From Octopus vulgaris (taxonomy: Eukaryota): a DNA stretch of 64,000 nucleotides. How positions within the stretch are numbered: the stretch's first letter is position 1; each line of letters opens with the position of its first letter. Both the position numbers and the translations under genes were made by a program. The stretch lies in the NCBI GenBank assembly GCA_951406725.2, contig OX597827.1, positions 29,078,001-29,142,000 on the forward strand. Direction: 5' to 3'. The notes under the pieces are model-generated. The model was not told the DNA's origin, did no database searches, and saw only the letters and a program-made list of their open reading frames with translations. Shown here one piece after another: positions 1 through 10,979 of this stretch.

Positions 1-588
1 GCATGTATGTATGTATGTATGTATGTATGTATGTATGTATGCATATATATATATATATATATAGCAAAATTTAGGAACGGCCATAATAGGCCGTTCAACC
101 CACTAGAAATAGCAGCCAAGGCTTCAACCGCAAAACAATATTAATTCCGTAAACCAGGAGAAAATTTAAAAAACATTTACCCTGTAATACCTTATACAAT
201 GCATTGTTTCGTCTATTTTTTAATGGTAAATCAACTTGATTAAATTAAATCAAGCTAATCTTCCATAGGCCAATAAATTCATCAGTAAAGTAAGCCAGAC
301 GGGACAGATATTTGCACGAGGCAGCACCACTACTGTTTCGGCTATATCTGACCTAAAATTTTCAAATCATCGTACTCGCGCCAAATTTATCGGCAGCAAA
401 TATAAGCTGCCGATTCCATTTCGGAATTAAACAGAAAATTCATAATTAATCAATATAGGGTGGCAAAAAAATTCAGCAGAAATTATTTGCCACCAGCGGC
501 CTAGTGGGAAAAAAGTAAATAGTCAGAGACCATTAATAAATTCAACAGCATTAATAAATTCAAAAATTTTTTTGCCACCCTATATTGA

Positions 589-667
<79 letters not shown>

Positions 668-743
668 TATCTGTGCTTGTGTGTGCGTATATATATATAT
701 GCATGTGTGTGTATGTATGAATATATGTATGGAGATTGATATA

Positions 744-1304
744 AAAATGGACGCTGTGCTTTTCCCCATCCGACCTTATGTCGTAGACTTGCTATGGGCA
801 CCTGTCCATACGGTATAACAGGAAAAAAAAAAAAAGTGCCCCCACCTCCACCCCAAATACTGTCCTAAATACGGATGCATAAGAGGCAATGGATGCACCT
901 TATTCCATCCTAAACTGTGCCAAACTTCTGTCTCACAAAGGATGTGCCTGAACCCAGAATGCAACCACCACCATCTGAAGGGCACAAAACGATCACAGAA
1001 TAGATATAAACAGGAACAGAGGAAATCTAGGACAACAACAAGAACAAAATACAACCACGTCTCCCCTCCTACAATCAAACAACGTAGACAGAACCATGAA
1101 AAAACACCAAATAACGCCAACTTGAAATATGTATCCTCTGACCAAGTGGCAAACCAAACAAGCAACTCTTTTTTACTGACATACCTGGAAAATATGAAGG
1201 CCGACCTAAGCCAGGAGATCCAGCGAGCCATCACCAACCATCTATGCAAATCACAAGGACCACTCACCCATTACCAACTTCCCTTACCTCGACATTCCTG
1301 TTAA
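744..1304 (+). pseudogene. LINE A ORF1 remnant with tandem CCCH-type zinc fingers, frameshifted at the poly-A run ~823-835
   Basis: Joining frames gives GRCAFPHPTLCRRLAMGTCPYGITGK/KCPHLHPKYCPKYGCIRGNGCTLFHPKLCQTSVSQRMCLNPECNHHHLKGT. Confidence 0.7.
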
Positions 1305-4204
1305 ATGTACGTGGCATCAATCCATCAATTATTGCCCAAAAATGGAAGATCCCATATATAGAGAGTTGGCTTGCCGAAATGGCACATTGCTTCCCTTTCT
1401 TTATCCTTACCGAGACTCACCTGAACAACACCCATATGGACGCAGAGGTGAAAATAAAAGATTTCACCATTGTTCGTGCGGATCGCACAGACCGAAATAA
1501 GGGAGGGACAGCCATCTTTATCCATGACTCCTTTTCACTTGATGCCAAGGACACATTTTCCAATGGCTACTGTGAATCGGTATCACTATACAACAAAGCC
1601 AAGGACATAACCATTGTTGGTCTTTACAGGCCTCCCCAGGCACCTCTAAAGTACTTTGAAGAGTGCCTTAGCAAAGTCAAGTCCTTCCTTCGGAAGTACC
1701 ACTCCGGAAACATACTAGTAATGGGTGATTTTAACCTCCCTCATGTGAACTGGCCTACAAATACTCCGAAGTTAGGCAAGTGCTCTACATCAGAACTGCT
1801 CTTTAATCTGATGGATGAGTATTTCCTGACTCAGCTAGTGCTTGAACCAACGAGACAGAATAAAACGATCTTGGATCTGGTATTGACCAATCACTCTAGC
1901 TACGTTCACAGCATTTCAGTCGAAAAAACTCTCCTCTCAGACCACGACATGGTACTCTGCAATCTTAATTCCCGACATATAAAAACCAAACCAGCCAATC
2001 CCACTCCATGGCACCCATTTGACAACATAAACTTCCACAAAGCGGACTGGGGAACAATCAGAAAGGATCTGTCTTCCATCGACTGGTCTTTTACTCTCAA
2101 TTCCCCTCATATTGAGACCGCGTGGCAGCACTTTGAAACCATTGTCACCTATACATGCTCCAAACACGCTCCCAAGAAATCTATTAACACAAACAAAAAC
2201 CGGCTCCCTAAAAAGAAAAAAAACACTCATCAGGCGCATCAAAAGACTCAACAAAAAATCAACCAATTAAAATATTTCCACACACAACATCCACATTCAA
2301 CAACAATGAAAAGACTAGAGCTGGAAAAACTTCATCTGCAGACTAACATGAAAACCTCCATTGAAAATCAAAGAGCTGTGGAGGAACAATGGGTAATCAA
2401 AAACATCAAACAGAACCCAAAAGTGTTCTATTCTTATGCAAATAAGCATAGGACCACTGTCTCACCCATTGGGCCATTGATTGATGATAACGGCTTTCCC
2501 CAACACGATGCTAAAGAAATGGCAGAAATACTGCAGAAACAATACTGCTCTGTCTTCAGTGTTCCCACTGATATTGACGCGAAGGAAACGAACGAAGTTG
2601 ACTCCCAACACAAAATCGCAGACATAACCTTCACTGCCAAAGACATCGTAGCAGCAATAAATGAGGTCAAACATTACTCTGCTGTAGGCCCTGATAGATT
2701 TCCCGCTAGTCTCCTGAAGGAATGTAGATATCAACTTGCAGTCCCTCTGACCAACCTCTGGAGAAACTCGTTAGACGCAGGTTATATACCGAAACAGTTT
2801 CTATCCCAGTCGGTCATCCCGGTTTTCAAACAGGGAAACAGATCCCTCGCAGTCAACTATCGCCCAATCTCACTCACCTCCCACATCATTAAAGTGTTTG
2901 AAAGAGTGTTAAGATCAAGGATAGCTGACTTCCTGGAGACCCACAAACTCCTAAATTCAAATCAGCATGGCTTTCGCTGTGGCAGGGACTGTCTAACACA
3001 GCTCTTACACCACATTGAAGATGTACTCAAAGCCTTGAGAACAGGTTCGAACTCTGACGTCATATATCTTGACTTCAGTAAAGCGTTCGACAGGGTAGAC
3101 CATAACATCCTACTCTCGAAATTGGCAAATGTTGGAATCCGTGGAAAAGTTCTACACTGGATTAAGTATTTCCTGGCGAATAGAACGCAACATGTTGTAG
3201 TTGATGGAGTCCACTCAAACCCAGCAAAAGTCACCAGCGGTGTTCCCCAGGGAACTGTTTTGGGTCCGCTACTCTTCATAATTTACGTAAACGACCTTTC
3301 CAGTGTCGTACATCACTGCAAAGTGAAAATATTCGCTGATTACCCTAAGCTCCAGCAAATCGTCAATGAAGAAGTAGACCGAACTCAACTCCAGTCTGAT
3401 CTATATGCTGTGAGTCAATGGGCAGACAGAAACAAAATGCAACTGAATGAGGGAAAATTTGAGCTGATGCATTTTGGAAGAAATTCCTCACTAAAACAAC
3501 CATACTCTCTTCCTTCAGGGGAACCGCTCACAGCCTCTAACAATATCAGAGACCTGGGTGTAATTGTTGATGACGATCTCAGTTGGAGTGCACACATCAA
3601 CAAGAAGGTTGATATAGCTCGTAGGATGAGTTCCTGGATCTTAAGAACTTTCCGGTCCAGAGAACAAGGTGTCATCATACCACTTTTTTCCTCCTTTGTA
3701 CGGCCACACCTTGAATACTGCTGCCCACTGTGGTCTCCTCACACAAGACAAAACATCTCCAGAATTGAGTCACCCCAGAGGGCTCTCACTAAACAAATTG
3801 AAGGCATGGCTGCTCTCGATTATTGGGATCGCCTTAAAACCTTGAAACTTTACTCCCTCCAGCGTCGCCGTGAGCGGTACATCATTTGTACGATGTGGAA
3901 AATATACCACCAACTTTGCCCAAACGACCTAAACATTAGCTTCAAGGTCCATCCAAGACTTGGACCACGGGCTATACGTCCCCTGCCAAATTCAAGATCA
4001 CAACATACATGTACACTGCAACATAATTTCTTTTCCTCAACAGGCCCTGCCCTATTTAACATTGTCCCGAGGGAGATCAAAGAGGAAAAGGATCCCATCA
4101 ATTTTAAACAGAGTCTGGATAGATTCCTTCAAAGAATACCAGATAAGCCACCCATAATTGGATACAACTCACCCAACAAGAACTCACTACTTGAACAAAA
4201 CTAG
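1244..4204 (+). CDS. LINE A ORF2: apurinic-like endonuclease + reverse transcriptase, probably catalytically dead
   Basis: EN motifs LLNVRG, LTETHL, YRPP, MGDFN, LDLVLTN, SDH; RT motifs [34 protein letters not shown]. The catalytic motif reads FADY instead of (F/Y)ADD. Confidence 0.9.
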   Translation: MQITRTTHPLPTSLTSTFLLNVRGINPSIIAQKWKIPYIESWLAEMAHCFPFFILTETHLNNTHMDAEVKIKDFTIVRADRTDRNKGGTAIFIHDSFSLDAKDTFSNGYCESVSLYNKAKDITIVGLYRPPQAPLKYFEECLSKVKSFLRKYHSGNILVMGDFNLPHVNWPTNTPKLGKCSTSELLFNLMDEYFLTQLVLEPTRQNKTILDLVLTNHSSYVHSISVEKTLLSDHDMVLCNLNSRHIKTKPANPTPWHPFDNINFHKADWGTIRKDLSSIDWSFTLNSPHIETAWQHFETIVTYTCSKHAPKKSINTNKNRLPKKKKNTHQAHQKTQQKINQLKYFHTQHPHSTTMKRLELEKLHLQTNMKTSIENQRAVEEQWVIKNIKQNPKVFYSYANKHRTTVSPIGPLIDDNGFPQHDAKEMAEILQKQYCSVFSVPTDIDAKETNEVDSQHKIADITFTAKDIVAAINEVKHYSAVGPDRFPASLLKECRYQLAVPLTNLWRNSLDAGYIPKQFLSQSVIPVFKQGNRSLAVNYRPISLTSHIIKVFERVLRSRIADFLETHKLLNSNQHGFRCGRDCLTQLLHHIEDVLKALRTGSNSDVIYLDFSKAFDRVDHNILLSKLANVGIRGKVLHWIKYFLANRTQHVVVDGVHSNPAKVTSGVPQGTVLGPLLFIIYVNDLSSVVHHCKVKIFADYPKLQQIVNEEVDRTQLQSDLYAVSQWADRNKMQLNEGKFELMHFGRNSSLKQPYSLPSGEPLTASNNIRDLGVIVDDDLSWSAHINKKVDIARRMSSWILRTFRSREQGVIIPLFSSFVRPHLEYCCPLWSPHTRQNISRIESPQRALTKQIEGMAALDYWDRLKTLKLYSLQRRRERYIICTMWKIYHQLCPNDLNISFKVHPRLGPRAIRPLPNSRSQHTCTLQHNFFSSTGPALFNIVPREIKEEKDPINFKQSLDRFLQRIPDKPPIIGYNSPNKNSLLEQN

Positions 4205-4286
4205 ATACAACTCACCCAACAAGAACTACTTGAACAAAACTTGACTTAAACAGGATTCGAATATATATATATATATAATATATGTA

Positions 4287-4351
<65 letters not shown>

Positions 4352-4451
4352 ACAATTTAATAAATAAAACATATGCATACATACATACATATATGTACAT
4401 ACCTGCATCTATATGTATACATACATGCATATATACATACATGCATATATA

Positions 4452-6039
4452 CAGTTGCGGCCAAAATGTTCAGAACGGCATTGTTTTTGTCAGAAAAGTA
4501 GGTATAAGTTTTTATTAAAGTTGTTTTATATTCTATAATTTTCTCAGACAATAAATACCATATTAATTGGTATTGTCTGAGATTTTGGTGTAATTTGAGT
4601 GGATAATACAAAGGTTATGGATGATATAGTTATTTACTGCAAAACCCATTGCGGCCAAAATTATCAGAACGATTGAAAAAAATAACAAAATAATAAAAAA
4701 TGACAGAGAATGCTGGAATTATTTCATATTTAGTGTGAACCCCTTTAGCTTCAATCAAACTTTGACATCTTCGACTGCATGAGGAAATTAAATTTTTAAT
4801 TTCTTGCTGGGTGATCTTATTCCATTCTTCCTGAAGGGCATTCCATAATTGCTCGGTTGTTTTAGGATATCTGGCTTTCGAACGTTCTCCAAGAATATTC
4901 CACACATTTTCAATAGGATTGAGATTTGGGCTTTGAGCAGGCCAATCCATAACAATAACCTTTTCAGCCTTGAGGAAGTTCATGACCACCTTAGCCTTGT
5001 GACATGGGGCATTGTCCTGCATGAATATGGGCTGTCGCTTAGTTGAATTTCTCAGAACAGGCAACACATGATCTTTTACAAGTTATTTATAAACTCCTGC
5101 ATTTACCTTTCCGTGTAATCGCACCAAAGGCCCACACCATCTCCAGATATCATCCCCCAAACCATGATACTTCTTCCACCGAATTTAACACTAGTCTTAA
5201 AGCATTTTAGACATCTGAGCCAAATAACATAGACTTAGATTCATTACTGAAATGCACCGTTTGCCATTTTTCTTGAGAACACAACACATGTTCGGTTGCA
5301 AAGGTAAGACGACACTTTTTATTCTTGAAGCTGATCAGTGGCTTCACTGCAGGTGCTCTTGCTTGTAGGTCATGTTCAACTAAACGACGAGACAGTTTTT
5401 CGAGATAAAGTTTTCTTCAGTACAATGCTCATTTTCCGAGAAACAGCAGCAGCAGTTTTAAATCTATCTTTTTTAACCAACTTTACCATAGCACGATCTT
5501 CTCTCTTGGTCGTTTTTCTCGGCCTACCTGTAGACTTTCTTGCTTCACATGAACCACAATCATCGTAGACCTTAAGAATACCGTGAATAACACTTTTTGA
5601 CTTGTTAACAATCTTTGCAATAGACACAATACTTAAATTATCCTTCTTTCGAAGCTTAATAATCTGCTGACGAATTGGTAACGGAGTAAGTGGCATTATA
5701 TTAACAAAGTACACTGCAGATATTCTTACGGCGTCTTTAGTAAATGAACCGTCACGTAAACAAATTCAAAACATTAGAGTTCGCTGGTTAAATATACTAA
5801 AACATGGAGTAAAAGCAACCATTCTGATCATTTTGGCCGCAATGGGTTTTGCAGTAAATCGATAAATCATCCATAACTTTTGTATTATCCTCTCAAATTA
5901 CACCAAAATCTCAGACAATAACAAATAATATCGTATTTATTGTCTGTGAAAATTATAGAATAGAAAACAACTTTGATAAAAATTTATACCTACTTTTTTG
6001 ACGAAAACAATGCCGTTCTGAACATTTTGGCCGCAACTG
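4452..6039 (-). mobile_element. Tc1-family DNA transposon with long IR-DR-type TIRs and TA target duplication
   Basis: TA|CAGTTGCGGCCAAAATGTTCAGAACGG ... CCGTTCTGAACATTTTGGCCGCAACTG|TA; TIRs ~220 bp with the terminal motif repeated internally (~4650-4671, ~5820-5841). Confidence 0.95.
4630..5696 (-). pseudogene. Tc1 DD34E transposase, frameshifted
   Basis: N-terminal HTH region with GRPRKTT..EDR; FSNESK (first D mutated to N); QDNAPCH..WPAQSPNLNPIE with 34 residues between D and E; split over several frames. Confidence 0.92.
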
Positions 6040-6662
6040 TATATATATGAGCATATGACACCACAAATAAACGTAGAACACAAAGAGAAACGAAAACATA
6101 AAAACAAACAAGGAAACGGACTTTTTTTAACAACGAAAAAACAGAGTACAAGACAAACAATACAAGGAATATTCCCCGTCATCAGCTGCCCCTGGTTCGA
6201 CCAGGGGCAGCTGATGAAGGGGAATATTCCTTGTATTTCTTGTCTTGTACTCTGTTTTTTCGTTGTTAAAAAGAGTCCGTTTCCTTGTTTGTTTTTATGT
6301 TTTCATTTCTCGTTGTGTTCTACGTTTATTTGTGGTGTCCTGTACTCATACATATATATGTAGGTATGTACATATATGTACGTATGTATGCATATGTTTT
6401 ATTTATTAAATTGTTATTATATGACTGAACGCCTCGCGTCACTTTCTTATTTTTCCAAGTAAATTTTTATTATATATATATATATATATAGTTATATACG
6501 AAAACGAGTACTCAACGCCGCATTATTTGTGAATTAAGGCTACCATTCATTTCATATTATGTAACGTAGGAAAATATCGTAGTCTCTTAACAATCTTTCA
6601 AGCCGACCACATGGAGAAAGGGGTTCGACTCCATTTTGGAAAACATAACCTTCTGTGTTGCA

Positions 6663-6701
<39 letters not shown>

Positions 6702-6819
6702 TGATAGGGCACAGAAAGTGTGTCTATAGCCAGCTGGAGGAGGTGTCTTCCTGGGGCTACAAACTACAGTAGCATCCACCCTTAGGGGTTAGCCATATTC
6801 AAATGGCAAATATACGTCA

Positions 6820-6894
<75 letters not shown>

Positions 6895-7166
6895 AAAGCG
6901 TGATGCAGAAGGCACGAAATGATGCTAAGAAATGTTTGGGCACAAAGCAAATGTTCCACTCTCTACTATAATGTTTAACGTTGTTTGACAATAGCAATCA
7001 TAACTCCAGTTAAGCAAGCCTGCAGAATTCGTGCCACCATACAGAAATAGGAATACGGAAAATGTAACTGGCATCTGATACTTCACATGAGTTATAAGTG
7101 TGTTTATATCAGTTACAGCCAGCGATAAGACATAAATCAGTAGTCCTTGTTACACAATATAATACA

Positions 7167-7399
7167 TATTTCTTTATTACCCACAAGGGGCTAAACACAG
7201 AGGGGACAAACAAGGACAGACATAGGTATTAAGTCGATTACATCGACCCCAGTGCGTAACTGGTACTTAATTTATCGACCCCGAAAGGATGAAAGGCAAA
7301 GTCGACCTCGGCGGAATTTGAACTCACAACGTAACGCAGACGAAATACCGCTAAGCATCTCGCCCGGCGTGCTAACGTTTCTGCCAGCTCGCCGCCTTA
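7167..7399 (-). mobile_element. tRNA-type SINE (family 1) with target-site duplication
   Basis: Head GGCGGCGAGCTGGCAGAA, B-box-like GAGTTCAAATTCC, core GCCTTTCATCCTTTCGGGGTCGATAAATTAAGTACCAG; AATATAATACA on both sides. Confidence 0.85.
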
Positions 7400-7481
7400 A
7401 ATATAATACACAATATAATACAGTCGGCTTTGCTTGTCAGCATCATCAGCAAAGAGTGCGACATAATGAAAAGTGCAGAGC

Positions 7482-7574
7482 CTGCTGACGAAGGGTAACG
7501 AATTCTTCTTATAGCGTAATATGTCTTATATCTTACGTAACTACATCGGCAGGCATACTGAAACATGTGTACAG
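7482..7574 (+). ncRNA. Candidate degenerate type I hammerhead ribozyme with long stem II
   Basis: CTG-CTGACGA-AG..CT-GAAAC-ATGT-GTA-CAG; stems I and II are weak. Confidence 0.35.
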
Positions 7575-7814
7575 TATATGGAGCATTACATACCGGTTTC
7601 AGTTATTGTATCTTTTTTCTGTATAGTTATACATACATACATGAGTGTATGTATGTATGTATGTATGTATGTATGTATGTATGTATGTATGTATGTATGT
7701 ATGTACATATACATATCAATATAACTGCACAGAAAATGAACACAGAAATGAAATCACTATTTTATGATTTATGTAATGTACGCGTATTTCATTAAACCGG
7801 CCTTGTTTACGACG

Positions 7815-8190
7815 TAATATATTTACCAACCACATGGTTCTGGGTTGAGTCCTTCTACGTGGCACCTTGGGCAGACGAAAGCGTTGTCAGTCGATTTGCT
7901 AGACGAAAAGTGAAAGAAGCCCATCGCATATATGTATATACATATATATGCATGTGTGTGTGTGTGTTTGTGTGTGCGTGTGCATGAGCGTGTGTGCGAC
8001 TTTGTGTCCCTATTTGTCCCTTGCCACCGCTTGACAACCGGTGTTGGTGTGTTTATGCCTCAGTAACTCACCAGCTCGGCAAACCAGACCGATAGAACAG
8101 ATACCGGGCTTAAAGGAAATTACCGGCGTCGATTCGTTCCACTTAAAATTCCTCAAGCTAGTGCCCCAGCATGGTCGCAGTCTAATAAAG
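7815..8190 (+). mobile_element. SINE family 2 (internal TG microsatellite, LINE-like 3' tail)
   Basis: Similar to 10084-10460, 47066-47534 and 48860-49290; ends GTGCCCCAGCATGGTCGCAGTC. Confidence 0.75.
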
Positions 8191-8504
8191 GATAATTACA
8201 TGATCACTGGGTATTTCTTTGAAGTAACAGACTTCACTCATCGCCCAGTTTAACGCCACCTTTGTAAGCATTCGGGTGTGAACTGTTTTTGGAGATCCTG
8301 ACAATTGTCATGCGAGCTGCCATTTCGTGCCCTGCCTGAGCTATGATGGATATAACAAAAATGAAAATATAAAAATAAAAGATGGAATCTATGATGGTAT
8401 ATGATTGAGGCTGCGTCTTTCTGCTTTAGATATGAGTCAAAACAACTAAAAAAGACATAATAAAAACCGCACGAAATGGTACGATATTACTTCGCATGTT
8501 CTGA

Positions 8505-8620
8505 AATCTTTCATGGACAGGAACAAAGAGCCAACGTGTAAGTTTGCGTTAAACTTGGGAAGCCTGCTACAGAGACATTGAGCAAGGTTCGGCAAGCTAA
8601 CGGCGATGAGGCAATTGGTA
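8505..8620 (+). pseudogene. mariner transposase N-terminal fragment
   Basis: Degenerate EQRANV..VKLGKPATETLSKVRQANGDEA across frames. Confidence 0.55.
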
Positions 8621-8670
8621 AGATATTTAATCTATCTGTCATGTCTTAGCGTGGGAAATATTTGCGAGTA

Positions 8671-9103
8671 AGAAGGCGGCGTACTGGCAGGAACGTTAGC
8701 ACGCCGGGCGAAATGCTTAGCGGTATTTCGTCTGCCGTTACGTTCTGAGTTCAAATTCCGTCGAGGTTGACTTTACCTTTCATCCTTTCGGGGTCGATTA
8801 AATAAGTACCAGTTATGCATTGGGGTCGATGTAATAGACTTAATCCGTGTGTCTCCTTGTTTGTCGCCTCTATGTTTAGCCCCTTGTGGGCAATAAAGAA
8901 ATAAGAAACATTAACATGCCGGGCGAAATGCTTAGTGGTATTTCGTCTGTCTTTATGTTCCGAGTTCAAATTCCGTAGAGGTCGTATTTGCCATTCATTC
9001 TTTCGGGGTCGATAAATTAGGTACCAGTTGCGAACTGGGGTTGCTCTTATTGACTGGCCACCTCCCCAAAATTTTCGGGCCTTGTGCCTAGGGTAGAAAA
9101 GAA
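8671..9103 (+). mobile_element. Two tandem family-1 SINE copies
   Basis: Same head and core as 7167-7399; a second partial copy starts ~8916 and has a different 3' tail. Confidence 0.8.
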
Positions 9104-9713
9104 TATTTGCGAGTTAGCTCGATCAGGTGATTATGTTGGTGGTGTGGTTCCCATCGTCTTTTCGTCTCCTATTCCAAACTTTCATCAAAATACATAATCG
9201 AGGAACCTATCATGTACTATGTGCTTCCAATTCTGATAGCATCCGTCTTTGAACGAGAGCGAGGGAGAGAGAGAAACAGACAGACAGACAGACAGACAGA
9301 AATATATATAGAGAGAGCAAGAAAAGGAGCGACATTCAGTCAATTTGCATTTGACCACGAATCAATATATTCTAATCGACTTGTCACGTGAGACGCTGCA
9401 CCTTCTTGTTTATCAAATATTTCTTCCAGATAATGTCTGGCAACAAGTCCATTTCGTGTACCAGAATTTCAAGACAGGTATAATTTGTGAGGTTATTTTG
9501 AAATAGTTTCTAAGTAAATCATTTTACTCTCGACAACGGAGCAAATTGAATAGCCAGCAATCATTTTCCACCAACTTGTAAGATTCCATGATTAATATAA
9601 AGGCGTTATAGATTTTCGTCAATGTATGTGTTAAGAATGTTCGATGCCAAATATGTTAATAGGTTAACACAGGAAATACTATACTTGCAAGGAAATACTA
9701 TTGATATGAGATT

Positions 9714-9774
<61 letters not shown>

Positions 9775-9947
9775 CATCATTATTATTATTGCTTGTGTTG
9801 TTTTGTTTCCCGTTATTGGTTTCATTATTTTCTGTAACATTGACCGTGTGTACCCATTCGTTACATGTAAACACAGCCATATTGTTTCATACAGTCTCCT
9901 CTATATGAGTGTGCGTGAGTGTGTTTGTAGGGACGTGTAGGGTGTGA

Positions 9948-9987
<40 letters not shown>

Positions 9988-10083
9988 ATAATAGAATATT
10001 CAAGTAAAGAGATAGATAAAGCGACAGAGAGGGAGATAGAGACAGACACAGAGAGACGCACACACACACACACACATATATAT

Positions 10084-10460
10084 AGGCGTAGTTGTGTGAT
10101 AAAGAATTTGCTTCCCAACAATTTCGTATCCGGTTCGATCCTACTGCGTGGTAACTTGGGTAAGTGTTTTCTTCTATAGCCTAGGGCCAAGCAAAGCCTT
10201 GTAAGAGGATTTGGTGGGCGGAAACTGAAAGAAGTCCATTGTATATAGATATGTGTGTGCGTGTGTGATTTTGTACGCGCCACTGCTTCACAGCCGGTGG
10301 TGCAGTGTTTAACGCATTGTAATCTAGCTGTCCGGCAAAGGATATCGATGGAATAAGCAAGAAAGAAAATAAGTTCAAGGCTCGCTTCATTCGACTCAAA
10401 ACTCTTCATGACAATGCCTCAGCATGGCCGCAGTCTAATAAACTGAAACAACTAAAAGAT
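10084..10460 (+). mobile_element. SINE family 2
   Basis: GGTTCGATCC B-box-like motif; tail GCCTCAGCATGGCCGCAGTCTAATAAACTGAAAC. Confidence 0.75.
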
Positions 10461-10479
10461 GAACCATACATATACCGAG

Positions 10480-10514
<35 letters not shown>

Positions 10515-10516
<2 letters not shown>

Positions 10517-10690
10517 GGCACATGTCTTAGTGATTTGAGCGTCGAGCTTACTATCGTGAGGTTGTGAGCTCAATTCCCGGACCGGGCTGCGTGTTGTGTT
10601 TTTGAAGACACTTTATCTTCATCTTGCTCTAGTTCACTCATCTGTTGAAATGAGTTGCGACGTCACTGATGCCAGGCTGTATCAGGCTTG
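10515..10690 (+). mobile_element. tRNA-type SINE family 3 (partial)
   Basis: tRNA-like head followed by AAGACACTTTAT..TTGCTC..GTTCACTCA, shared with 41993-42305. Confidence 0.6.
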
Positions 10691-10979
10691 TGAATATGGC
10701 TGGAAGAATACCAAATGCCTGGTGCAGTGACTGTATAGTGCCACAGTACGAAAGGAGTGAGAGAGGCAAGAGAGTTTATGAATGATAGGAAAGCTTGGAG
10801 AGTGTTTGTCGATGGATGAGTGAATTTTGATGTTGTTCGAAGGGGTACGGACCAAGCATATATGCAGCGGGAGTAAACCAGCATATGCGGTCAGGCCCGG
10901 CTGCTGATATTGAGGGTTGCGTTCTATGCCTTGACCCGAGCATTGAACGGGTCTCGCCTATTTGCACTTAAAAACTTAA

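Larger units (their letters stand above)
731..4261 (+). mobile_element. LINE A: APE-RT non-LTR retrotransposon (CR1/L2-like group), 5' end probably truncated within ORF1, flanked by microsatellites; 3' end runs directly into (TA)n
   Basis: Cys/His-rich ORF1 remnant overlapping a 986-aa endonuclease-RT ORF; the 5' boundary is approximate. Confidence 0.9.
4346..6470. mobile_element. Foldback (hairpin) element in (TA)n, interrupted in its left arm by the Tc1 element
   Basis: 6042-6195 is the reverse complement of ~6201-6355 around CCTGG-TTCGA-CCAGG; 4346-4406 is the reverse complement of 6362-6420; unpaired tail 6421-6470. Confidence 0.8.

Noticed and set aside
6211-6240. CTGATGA next to the foldback apex as a hammerhead
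   Set aside because: The following stem is succeeded by TGTATT rather than GAAA, and there is no stem III or cleavage triplet
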